From positions 1 through 39,040 of the IMG/VR virus record IMGVR_UViG_3300037462_000308: a stretch of DNA of 39,040 bases; one strand, written 5' to 3'. The notes beneath the pieces are model-generated. The model was not told the DNA's origin and made no database searches. It saw nothing but the letters and a program-made list of their open reading frames with translations. This document shows, piece after piece, positions 7,397-15,581 of this stretch. Origin of the DNA: a virus (Duplodnaviria > Caudoviricetes). Each line of letters opens with the position of its first letter. Within the stretch, counting starts at the first letter, position 1. Both the position numbers and the translations under genes were made by a program.

Positions 7397-7686
7397 GCGA
7401 GCGGGCCCCCGTCTTCATGGGCTGCTACCCGGCCGGACCCGGCTCCGACGCCGTGTCGATCGGCCTGCAGGCGATGATGCAAGCTGTGCTTGCGACGGCG
7501 CCGGTCGCCCATGGCCCGCGGGAACGCGTGATGGCGCTGGCCTGCCTGATCGGCGCAGAGATCTCGGCCGTGGCTGCTGACCGGCGACAGGAAGCCGAGA
7601 TGCTCGTGGTGGCGGCGATTTGTGGTGCGACGCGCGGCGCGACGGATGCGCGCCTGATGCACGCCGCGCCGCAGGGGCAGGCATGA
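7393..7686 (+). CDS. Hypothetical protein (97 aa)
   Basis: ATGA coupling on both sides. Confidence 0.65.
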   Translation: MSERAPVFMGCYPAGPGSDAVSIGLQAMMQAVLATAPVAHGPRERVMALACLIGAEISAVAADRRQEAEMLVVAAICGATRGATDARLMHAAPQGQA

Positions 7687-8381
7687 GCGGGACCGGCATC
7701 GCCTGGGACAGCGCGCGCGACGAGGTCGCGATTGCCGTCAGCGATGCGGCCGTGCTGGCGCGCGTGCTGGTCAGCATGGGCCTTACTCGCTTCGCGGTCA
7801 TCGCGCGCGGCGACGTGCCCGGCTTCGCGCCGGCCTATGAAGGCTTCGTGCCCTGGCGGCGGCGCCTCGAGGCGTCGCGCACCGAGGCCTCGCGCGGCTT
7901 TGCCCAGGGCGAGTGGTCAAAGGCGGCAATCGCGCTCCGCGACCGTCAGCAGGAGGCCGAGCGGACCGCCATCGCTGAGCGCAACCGCGCGCGGCGTGAC
8001 GCGCCCGTCTTCGTGCTCATGGACGCCGACCGAGCCGAGATGCGGGAGGCGCGCGGCGAGCTCGACGCCTGCTTCGCGGGCTGGCTCGCCGATCGGCGCC
8101 GTGGCCGCAAGGGCGCGGTCGTGCCGCGGTACTCGGTCCGGGTCGAGGCGGTCGAGATGCCCGCGCACAAGGTGATGATCTACCTCGACGTCACCACGCT
8201 GGAATGGCGCGATGCTTCCGGCGGGGCGCGCGGCGAGGATCTGTTCAGCCTCTGCGCCTTCATGCGTCGCTGGTCCTATGGCCGCGCGGCGCACCATGTC
8301 GCGCGCCTGTGCGGCCTGCGGCTGCGCACCTTCAAGGAACTCGGCATCGATGGGGGGTGGCGTGGCATTGCCGCGGCGTGA
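7683..8381 (+). CDS. Hypothetical replication-module protein (232 aa)
   Basis: ATGA coupling; C-terminal WRDASGGARGEDLFSLCAFMRRWSYGRAA resembles the motif following primase zinc-binding domains; directly upstream of helicase. Confidence 0.55.
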   Translation: MSGTGIAWDSARDEVAIAVSDAAVLARVLVSMGLTRFAVIARGDVPGFAPAYEGFVPWRRRLEASRTEASRGFAQGEWSKAAIALRDRQQEAERTAIAERNRARRDAPVFVLMDADRAEMREARGELDACFAGWLADRRRGRKGAVVPRYSVRVEAVEMPAHKVMIYLDVTTLEWRDASGGARGEDLFSLCAFMRRWSYGRAAHHVARLCGLRLRTFKELGIDGGWRGIAAA

Positions 8382-10248
8382 CGACGATTTCGACGCGGCA
8401 GAGGAAGCCGCCGCGCGCCAGGCCGCCGGGACGCGGCAGGGCGGAGGTGGCGGGCCTGTGCGCCTTCCGACGGGCCAGGACTTCGACGGGTCCGGCGTGT
8501 CGCCCGTCGGCACCAGCCACGGCACCTATTGGGTCGTCGACGCCGCAGGTAGCCTGCGCGGCATCCGATCGCGCGACATCATCCACCAGTCGACGCTGCT
8601 TGACCTGTGGGGCGGCGAGGATGCGTGGCTCGCCGCGAATTTCGGCTTCGAGGGGCGGCGCGGCGACCTGAACATCCCCTGGGACAAGGCCGGCGCCGCG
8701 CTGATGCGCGCCTGCCATCGCCTCGGGCCCTGGGATCCGGCGAGCTTCCCGCCCCGCTACACCGGGATCTGGTCGGACAGCCAAGGGCGCCCGCTCCTGC
8801 ACCTGGGCGACGTGCTGCTCTACGCCGATGGTCGCGAGGAACCGGCTGGCCAGGTGGTGGTGCGGGAAAATGCGGCGGAGCATGGGCCGCCGATCCGGGA
8901 GCGGCAGGTCTATGTGCGGGAAGCTGCCCGGCGTCGTCCAGCGCCGCCGGCGAGCACTGGCGAGATCGAGGATCTGAGGGAAGAGATCGCCCGCCTGTGG
9001 ACGTTCCGCGACGGCCCGGCCGGGGCCATGCTGGTTGTCGGCTGGTGCGCGGTCGCGCTGCTCGGCGCCGCCATCCGCTGGCGGCCGAACCTGGTCATGC
9101 TGGGTCCGTCGGGGTCGGGCAAATCGAGCCTGCTCGGCGTGATGCGCGGGCTGCTGCCGATCCACCTTTACACGAACGACACGACCAAGAGCGGCGTCGA
9201 GACGGCGATGACCGGCCGCCCTGGCCCGCTGCTGGTGGATGAAGCCGCCCAGGGCGACCGCGCCTATGCCGCCGCGCTTTTCGACATGATGCTGCCGGCG
9301 TCGGGTGGTGATGGCACGGAAGGCCGCCGCGGTGCGGCCGATGGGCACGGGCGTGCGTTCAGCGTCCTTGGCGCCGTCTGCTACGCCGCGATCCATCCGC
9401 CCGCGCTCAAGCCGGAGCATCAGGGCCGGTTCACCGAACTTGTGCTGCTGCAGGGCGAGGGCGATTCCAGCGAGGCGATGCGGGCGCTGCAGGCGCGCGC
9501 GGCGCGCATCGGGCCTGCCTTCTTCGGGCGTGCGCTTGCTGCTTATGCGCGCTGGGGGGAGACGCTGCGCGCGATGCGCACCGAGCTGGTGCGGCGCGGG
9601 GCGTCGGCACGCGAGGCCGACCAGGTCGGCGCGCTGCTCGCTGGCTGGTGGATCATGGCGAGCGATGCGCCGGCGACGCAGTCGGACGCCGAGGCCTGCG
9701 CCGAACAGGCCAGCCCCTACATCCGCGGCCGCGCCGCCCAGCGCGATGATTCCGCTGGGCGGCGCGCCTGGCAGGCCTTGGCCACGACGACCGTGCTCCG
9801 CGGCAACGGCATGGTGCGTGTGCCGCTGGGTGACCTGATCCTCGAGGCCTTCCCGAAGGGTACCGATCCCGCCGAGCTCGAGGTAGCGCGTTCGGCCGAG
9901 GCGGATCTGCGGCGCTATGGCATCCGCTGCGAGCGGCTGGCGCCGGAGCCGGCGATCCGCCTGGTGCGAGACCCGTGGACCGATGACGAGTGGCTCGCCT
10001 GGCGCGGCAAGCCGGAGGGCTGCCTGGTCGTCTGGTTCGGCCGCAACCATGCGGAGCTGCGCCGCCTCTTCGACAAGGGTGACTTCGCCGGCGAGGCCTG
10101 GTGGCGAGCGATGGAGATGCTGCCCGGCGCCCGACGATCAAAGGGCAATGTCAGGATCGGCAAGGCGTACAGCGGGGGGGCCTTCGTCATCCCTGTGGCG
10201 GCTCTCTACCTCGGCGAAGAGGGCGGTCCCCCCGCGCCCCCCGATTGA
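8362..10248 (+). CDS. P-loop NTPase, probable replicative helicase (P4-alpha/DUF927-like)
   Basis: Walker A GPSGSGKS, Walker B LLVDE; followed by an iteron cluster; start may instead be ATG 8350. Confidence 0.75.
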   Translation: MALPRRDDDFDAAEEAAARQAAGTRQGGGGGPVRLPTGQDFDGSGVSPVGTSHGTYWVVDAAGSLRGIRSRDIIHQSTLLDLWGGEDAWLAANFGFEGRRGDLNIPWDKAGAALMRACHRLGPWDPASFPPRYTGIWSDSQGRPLLHLGDVLLYADGREEPAGQVVVRENAAEHGPPIRERQVYVREAARRRPAPPASTGEIEDLREEIARLWTFRDGPAGAMLVVGWCAVALLGAAIRWRPNLVMLGPSGSGKSSLLGVMRGLLPIHLYTNDTTKSGVETAMTGRPGPLLVDEAAQGDRAYAAALFDMMLPASGGDGTEGRRGAADGHGRAFSVLGAVCYAAIHPPALKPEHQGRFTELVLLQGEGDSSEAMRALQARAARIGPAFFGRALAAYARWGETLRAMRTELVRRGASAREADQVGALLAGWWIMASDAPATQSDAEACAEQASPYIRGRAAQRDDSAGRRAWQALATTTVLRGNGMVRVPLGDLILEAFPKGTDPAELEVARSAEADLRRYGIRCERLAPEPAIRLVRDPWTDDEWLAWRGKPEGCLVVWFGRNHAELRRLFDKGDFAGEAWWRAMEMLPGARRSKGNVRIGKAYSGGAFVIPVAALYLGEEGGPPAPPD

Positions 10249-10261
10249 TCCGCCCTCCGAG

Positions 10262-10510
10262 CCTCACACGCTCACACCTGCCTCACGCGGCAAAGCCGCA
10301 GAAAAGGCCAGGGTGTGAGGGTGTGAGGGTGTGAGGGGGAAAACCCCCATGACGCGCGCGCACGAAGGGCAAGCCCCTATACGGGAGAGGTCTATGCGTT
10401 CTGCTAAGAGGAAACAGCCTCACACCCCTCACACCCTCACACCTACCTCTCAAGAGATTGAGAGATATGGAGATATAGGGTGTGAGGTAGGGTGTGAGGG
10501 TGGTGTGAGG
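10262..10510. repeat. Iteron cluster (CTCACACC/GGTGTGAG), putative replication origin
   Basis: About 12 copies in four arrays of alternating orientation: 10262-10286, 10311-10338, 10418-10449, 10478-10510. Confidence 0.75.
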
Positions 10511-11053
10511 CAGATCGTCCTCGAAGACCTGCCGCGGCCCTATGTCACGCCCGAGGCCGTGGCGGCGCGCTTCCGTCCGGTCGAGGTAGACGAGGCGGCC
10601 GTTGATCCGCAGCCCCGCTCGCAACCTCGGCCGTTGATGCGGGACGTGCTCGTGCGCCTGTTCGCCGATGGTGTCATCCATCGCCGCCAGCTCGACGCTG
10701 GCCAGGAGATCGAACGGGTCTATCGAGCCATTACGGCCAGCGTGTCGCCGCGTGTGACGGCAGCCTATGGCGAGAGGATCGCAAGGGGAGGGGATGGTGA
10801 GGATCTGCCAGTGTCGCTGCGCTTGGCGTACTCGACGCGGTATGTCCCGTGGCGCACATGGGCTGGTGGCGTAGCCGTCACCCCGGCGCGGTCGCTGGCC
10901 GATCTCACCATGCTTGTCTGCGTCGACGGCTACACGCCGCGGCAGCTTCGGCCTCGGCTCGGACTGCACGAGCAGACTCTGAAGCGGCGGCTTCAGGTCA
11001 GCCTTCACGAGTACTGCCGCATTGCCGGATGGCTGGTGAACGATAGGCCTTGA
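10505..11053 (+). CDS. Putative late transcription regulator (DUF6456-like); start uncertain
   Basis: LVRLFADGVIHRRQLDAGQEI motif and C-terminal HTH-like region; occupies the lambda Q position before the late promoter and cos. Confidence 0.55.
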   Translation: MRQIVLEDLPRPYVTPEAVAARFRPVEVDEAAVDPQPRSQPRPLMRDVLVRLFADGVIHRRQLDAGQEIERVYRAITASVSPRVTAAYGERIARGGDGEDLPVSLRLAYSTRYVPWRTWAGGVAVTPARSLADLTMLVCVDGYTPRQLRPRLGLHEQTLKRRLQVSLHEYCRIAGWLVNDRP

Positions 11054-11080
11054 CGCGAGTGGCGTTTCGAGATGACAAAT
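11050..11080 (+). promoter_or_regulatory. Putative late promoter (PR'-like)
   Basis: -35 TTGACG at 11050-11055, AT-rich TGACAAAT at 11073-11080. Confidence 0.5.
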
Positions 11081-11096
11081 CACCAACGTCGCGAAT

Positions 11097-11135
11097 CGCG
11101 CCCGGTCGGGGAGACCCGCCGGGCGCGTTGCGTTT
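11097..11135 (+). terminator. tR'-like intrinsic terminator
   Basis: Stem CGCGCCCGG(T)CGGG-GAGA-CCCGCCGGGCGCG followed by TTGCGTTT. Confidence 0.6.
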
Positions 11136-11214
11136 GCGCCCCCCCAAATCTAGTGGCTTCGCTGTCGGTCGGCCTAGGACTTGTGCCTGCGGCTCGGCAG
11201 ACGGCAAAGGCGGC

Positions 11215-11323
11215 GGGTCCTTCCCGGCAGCCAGTGTATGCGGGCGGCTTGCGCGCGCCGGTTTTCTAGTGGGGGGTTGCTGACAGGGTGCAACCCCCGG
11301 CAACGGTTGCGCCCTACCGCAAC
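11215..11323 (+). other. Lambda-like cos region (cosQ, cosN, possible cosB)
   Basis: GGGTCCT at 11215-11221 matches lambda cosQ; then GGGCGGC (11242) and GGTTTTC as at lambda cosN; repeated GCAAC/GTTGC downstream; immediately before terminase small subunit. Confidence 0.7.
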
Positions 11324-11335
11324 AAGGGGTCTGGC

Positions 11336-11815
11336 ATGCCACGGATGACGATCACCGAGATCGCCGCCGAGGTCGGGGTCAACAAGTCGACCGTCTCCCG
11401 CCAGGCGCGCCGCCACAACCTCGTCGGTCCCGACGGCAAGGTCGAGCTCGACGACTACCGCCGGCTCCGCGAAGGCGGCCTCGATCCCGCGCTGCAGACG
11501 ACGGGCCGGCAAGCCATCGGGAGCGGCAACGAGGCGAATGGCGAGCTGGCCGACGCCAGGCGCCGCAAGCTGGCGGCGGAAGCCGAGCAGGCTGAGCTCG
11601 ACCTGGCCAAGCGCCGCGGGGAGCTCGTGGAGCGCGCCGCCGTCGCGGAGGCACTGTCCCCGCTTCTGCGCAAGCTGCGCGACGACCTTCTGACCCTTCC
11701 GAGGGATCACATCGCCGATCCGGGACTGTCGGCGCAGCTCGAGGATGCGATCGCCGGCCTGCTCGAGCGCACCAGCGTGGAGATCCTGACCAATGGAGGC
11801 GCAGCCGCCGCGTAG
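11336..11815 (+). CDS. Terminase small subunit (Nu1-like)
   Basis: N-terminal HTH MTITEIAAEVGVNKSTVSRQ; ARRRKLAAEAEQAELDLAKRRGELV coiled coil. Confidence 0.85.
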   Translation: MPRMTITEIAAEVGVNKSTVSRQARRHNLVGPDGKVELDDYRRLREGGLDPALQTTGRQAIGSGNEANGELADARRRKLAAEAEQAELDLAKRRGELVERAAVAEALSPLLRKLRDDLLTLPRDHIADPGLSAQLEDAIAGLLERTSVEILTNGGAAAA

Positions 11816-13802
11816 CGAAGCGACGGACTGGCTGAGGCGGCTGTTCGCGACAAGCGTCCGGCCCGACCGCAAGCGGCCCCTCGACGAATGGGCCGAGGCC
11901 GAGCGCATCGTCGCCGAGGGCGGCTACCAGGGCCCGTGGCGCAACCGCCTGACGCCCTACCTGGTCGAGCCGATGCGGTATGCCGGACTGAACTGCCCGA
12001 CGCCTCGCGTGACCATCCGCGGCGGCGCGCAGATCGGCAAGACGCAAGTCGGCGTCAACCTGGCCGGCCAGTGTCTCACGGAGACGCCGACCCAGGTCAT
12101 GGTGATGCTGCCGAGCCTGACCAGCCTGCAGCAGTACAACCGCGACAAGCTCGATCGGATGATCCAGGCGACGCCGGCGCTGCTCGAGGCCGTCGCCGAC
12201 ATCACCGAGCGCTCCGGCGTCGGCTCCACGGTGAAGGTGAAGCGCGGCGCCCGTGGCGCCCAGGTCGAGCTAGTCACCGCCTCGAGCTCAAAGGATCTGC
12301 AGTCCCGCACCGTGCGGGTCGTGATCATGGAGGAGGTCTCCGAGTACGAGGCCGATGTCGGCGGCCGCGGCCACCCGGCAGACCAGGGCGAGGCGCGCAC
12401 CTACGCTTTCCGGAAGCGCGGGTTTAAGATCGTCAAGATCTCGACCCCTGGCGTGAAAGGCGCCTGCCACATCTCGGACGAGGTGGAGAAGGGCAGCGAT
12501 GGCCGGTACCACGTCCTTTGTCCGCATTGCGGCCACGGGCAGGAACTGAAGTTCGCGAACCTGGTCTGGACCAAAGGCCAGCCGGAGACAGCCGCTTACT
12601 CCTGCGATGGCTGCGGCGCGCTGTGGCACGAGGCCGAGAAGGCCGCGCTGCTCGCGACGGAGAACGGCGCGCACTGGGTGCACCAGCATCCGGAGCGCCT
12701 GAGCCAGCATGCCAGCTTCAGCATCTCGGCCCTCTACTCGAACATGCTGCCCTGGTCGGAGATTGCCCGAGCGGCCGAGAAGGCCGAGCAGGATCCGTCC
12801 AGGCTCAAGCCGTTCTCGCAGCAGATGCTCGGCGAGCCCTGGGACGAGGCCTTCGACCTGCCGAAGGCCGACATACTGCTGCTTCGGCGCGATGCCTGGA
12901 AGCGCGGCCAGGTGCCGCCGGGCGTGCTCTTCCTGACCGGCGCGACCGACGTGCAGGGGGACCGCCTAGTCTGGGCGGTCTGGGGCTTCGACCGGCACTT
13001 CGGCCAGTGGTTGATCGATACCGGCGTGTTGCCGGGCGATCCCACGCAGCCGCATGTGTGGAAGGTGCACGACAGCCTGCTGCTGCGGCGCTGGACCGAC
13101 GCCTGGGGCAAGGAAATCGGCCCGGACTGCTGGGGCATCGATGCCGGCTACCTGTCCAGCCACGTCTACGCCTACGCCAGGCGGCACGCTGCCGACGCCG
13201 AGCCGGTGGTGCGTGCACTGGATGGTCGGCCAGGCTGGCGCCTGCTGCCGATCGGCTCGCCGGTGGTGCGGGACGTGGACTGGAACGGCGAGAAGATCGG
13301 GCAGACGCTGCTGTACCCGGTCGGCACCTGGGACATGAAGTCGGAGCTGGCCGCGGCGCTTAAGCTGACGGAGCAGGGTCCAGGGCCGGAGGGGTGGCCG
13401 CACGGCGCGCTCCGGTTCAACGAGATGGCTGATCGCGCCTGGATCGATGAGCTCCTGGCCGAGCGTATGGCGATCAACCCCAAGACGGGCGCGCAGGCCT
13501 GGGTGCGGGTCGCGGCGCGGAACGAGGCCTGGGACCTGGCGGTCTACTGCCGCGCGCAGGCGCGGCACCTGACGGCGCAGTTCACCGAAGAACACTGGGA
13601 CGGGCTGACGGCGCGGCGGCAGGGGCCGCCGGCTGCTGTGCAGCCCGATCTCGAAGCGCTCTGGGCGCCCGATCTGAAAGCGCAGGCCGAGACGGTTGCA
13701 CGTCAGGCCGAGCAGGCACGTCGCGCGCCGGTGCAGATCCTGCCGGCGCCGCGCGCGCCGGAGGAAAGCTTCTTCGACGGCGCCGAATCGTACTGGGGAT
13801 GA
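11793..13802 (+). CDS. Terminase large subunit, lambda GpA family
   Basis: TPYLVEPM, GAQIGKT, VVIMEEV, ISTPG, CPHCG, DVQGDRL, IDAGY, RNEAWDL motifs. Confidence 0.95.
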   Translation: MEAQPPRSEATDWLRRLFATSVRPDRKRPLDEWAEAERIVAEGGYQGPWRNRLTPYLVEPMRYAGLNCPTPRVTIRGGAQIGKTQVGVNLAGQCLTETPTQVMVMLPSLTSLQQYNRDKLDRMIQATPALLEAVADITERSGVGSTVKVKRGARGAQVELVTASSSKDLQSRTVRVVIMEEVSEYEADVGGRGHPADQGEARTYAFRKRGFKIVKISTPGVKGACHISDEVEKGSDGRYHVLCPHCGHGQELKFANLVWTKGQPETAAYSCDGCGALWHEAEKAALLATENGAHWVHQHPERLSQHASFSISALYSNMLPWSEIARAAEKAEQDPSRLKPFSQQMLGEPWDEAFDLPKADILLLRRDAWKRGQVPPGVLFLTGATDVQGDRLVWAVWGFDRHFGQWLIDTGVLPGDPTQPHVWKVHDSLLLRRWTDAWGKEIGPDCWGIDAGYLSSHVYAYARRHAADAEPVVRALDGRPGWRLLPIGSPVVRDVDWNGEKIGQTLLYPVGTWDMKSELAAALKLTEQGPGPEGWPHGALRFNEMADRAWIDELLAERMAINPKTGAQAWVRVAARNEAWDLAVYCRAQARHLTAQFTEEHWDGLTARRQGPPAAVQPDLEALWAPDLKAQAETVARQAEQARRAPVQILPAPRAPEESFFDGAESYWG

Positions 13803-13805
13803 CAG

Positions 13806-14021
13806 ATGGCCTTCACGAGCGCGGACCTTGCGGCAATCGATGCGGCGATCGCCTCGGGAGCCATGGAGATCCGCTTCTCCGACGGCCGCTCGGTGCAGTA
13901 CCGCAGCATCGATGAGCTGATGCGGGCCCGGGCGCTCATCGCGGGCGAGGTTGCCTCGACTGTCACGAGCCCTCTGCAGGTGCCCGGCGGCGTGACCTAC
14001 GCCGAATTCTCGCGAGATTGA
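13806..14021 (+). CDS. gpW-like head-tail joining protein
   Basis: AIDAAIASGAMEIRFSDGRSVQYRSIDEL; between terminase and portal. Confidence 0.88.
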   Translation: MAFTSADLAAIDAAIASGAMEIRFSDGRSVQYRSIDELMRARALIAGEVASTVTSPLQVPGGVTYAEFSRD

Positions 14022-14031
14022 GGGGGTCTCT

Positions 14032-15570
14032 ATGGCGCTGCCCTGGCTGGAGCGCATGCTCTCCCCGATCGCGCCCGGCTGGGCTGCGCGTCGGCTGGCC
14101 GATCGTGCCAGCTTCGAGCTTGCTGCGCGAGCCTATGACGCCGCGCGCAGCACGCGGGCAACGCGGAACTGGATCGCTGGCAGCAACAGTGCGCAGGAAG
14201 AAATCCGGCCTGCGCTGCAGGCGCTGCGCAATCGCTCCCGCGACCTCTGCCGCAACAACCCGTGGGGCATAAAGGTCCGGCGGCAGCTGCCGGCGCACCT
14301 GGTCGGCACGGGCGTGACGCCGCGCGCCACTGGTGACAGTGCCGAGCGCACGCGGCGGCGCGCGTTGGATGCGTGGCGGGCCTGGTCGGAAGCGACTGAC
14401 ATCGAGGTCGGGGTCGGCTTCGAGGGTCAGCAGGCGCTGATCGCCGGCACGATCGTCGAGAGCGGCGAGGCTCTGCTGGTCTGGACGGCTGATTCGCGTG
14501 CGCCTGGTGGCTGGACGACCAAAGTGCTCGAGCCGGACTACCTCGACGAGCACTTCAACGAAACCAGCCGGAATGGCTCCGGTCGGATCGTCAACGGCAT
14601 AGAGTTCGATGCGGCGGGCCGCCGCGTGGCGTACCACTTCTGGCGCGAGCACCCGGGCGACTACCTGCTTGGCGGTATGCCGGGCACGGACCGGATCCGC
14701 GTGCGGGCCGAGTTCGTAGACCACATCTACGAGGTGTTGCGACCTGGGCAGGTGCGCGGCGTTCCTTGGCTCGCCGCGTCCGCGCTGCGGCTTCGCGGCC
14801 TCGATGACTACCTCGACAGCGAGCGCTGGCGGAAGAAGGTCACGGCCGCCTTCGGCGTGTTCCTCCTGACGCCGAACGCTCCGGCGATGTCGCCCATGGG
14901 CGCGCAGTCGACCGAGACCACATCGGATGGCCGCTCGCGCGGGATCGAGACGATCGCGCCGGGCACGATCAAGAGGTTGAAGCCGGGCGAAGACGTGAAA
15001 TTCGCCCAGCCGCCGGCAGACAGCGGCCTGACCGAGTACATCAAGGCAGAACTGCTTGCCATCGCCGCGGGGGTCGGTGTGCCATACGCCGAGATGACCG
15101 GCGACCTGTCGAATGCCAATTACGGCTCGATGCGGGCCGGCAAGGTCGAGTTCTGGGCGCTGCTCGACGCCTGGCAGTGGTTGATGCTCAAGCCGATGCT
15201 GTTGTCGCGTGCGTGGAGCCGCGTGCAGGCCACAGCCGGAGTGGCGGGCATGCCCTGCGCATGGACCTTTCCGAAGCGGACCTGGGTGGATCCGCTGAAG
15301 GACGCGCAGGCGGAGATCCTCGCGATTCGCGCCGGCCTCACCAGCCAGCAGGATGCGATTGCCGCCCGCGGCGAGGACTGGCGCGAGGTGTTGGCCGAGC
15401 AGGCGGAGTTTCAGGCGGAGCTCGAGCGCCTGAACCTGGTTGTCGAGACGAGCGTCAAGGCGACACAGCCGGCACCGTCCAATTCGGAGCCGACCGACAG
15501 CAACGACCAGCCGCCGGCTGACGAACCGCAGCCGGCGCCGGCGCGCAGCCTTCCGCTCGCGGCCGAATAG
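14032..15570 (+). CDS. Portal protein, lambda family
   Basis: RSRDLCRNNP, RPGQVRGVPW, MTGDLSNANYGSMR, WVDPLKDA motifs. Confidence 0.95.
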   Translation: MALPWLERMLSPIAPGWAARRLADRASFELAARAYDAARSTRATRNWIAGSNSAQEEIRPALQALRNRSRDLCRNNPWGIKVRRQLPAHLVGTGVTPRATGDSAERTRRRALDAWRAWSEATDIEVGVGFEGQQALIAGTIVESGEALLVWTADSRAPGGWTTKVLEPDYLDEHFNETSRNGSGRIVNGIEFDAAGRRVAYHFWREHPGDYLLGGMPGTDRIRVRAEFVDHIYEVLRPGQVRGVPWLAASALRLRGLDDYLDSERWRKKVTAAFGVFLLTPNAPAMSPMGAQSTETTSDGRSRGIETIAPGTIKRLKPGEDVKFAQPPADSGLTEYIKAELLAIAAGVGVPYAEMTGDLSNANYGSMRAGKVEFWALLDAWQWLMLKPMLLSRAWSRVQATAGVAGMPCAWTFPKRTWVDPLKDAQAEILAIRAGLTSQQDAIAARGEDWREVLAEQAEFQAELERLNLVVETSVKATQPAPSNSEPTDSNDQPPADEPQPAPARSLPLAAE

Positions 15571-15581
15571 GGGGATCACAG

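Noticed and set aside
10262-10510. Repeat cluster as a CRISPR array or telomere-like repeat
   Set aside because: 8-bp units in alternating orientation with no unique spacers of regular length and no cas genes
11093-11097. GAATC near the late promoter as a GcrA/CcrM control site
   Set aside because: A single 5-mer is not significant without genome-wide counts
11136-11214. Possible tRNA or structured ncRNA before cos
   Set aside because: No cloverleaf, T-loop or other recognisable RNA family signature
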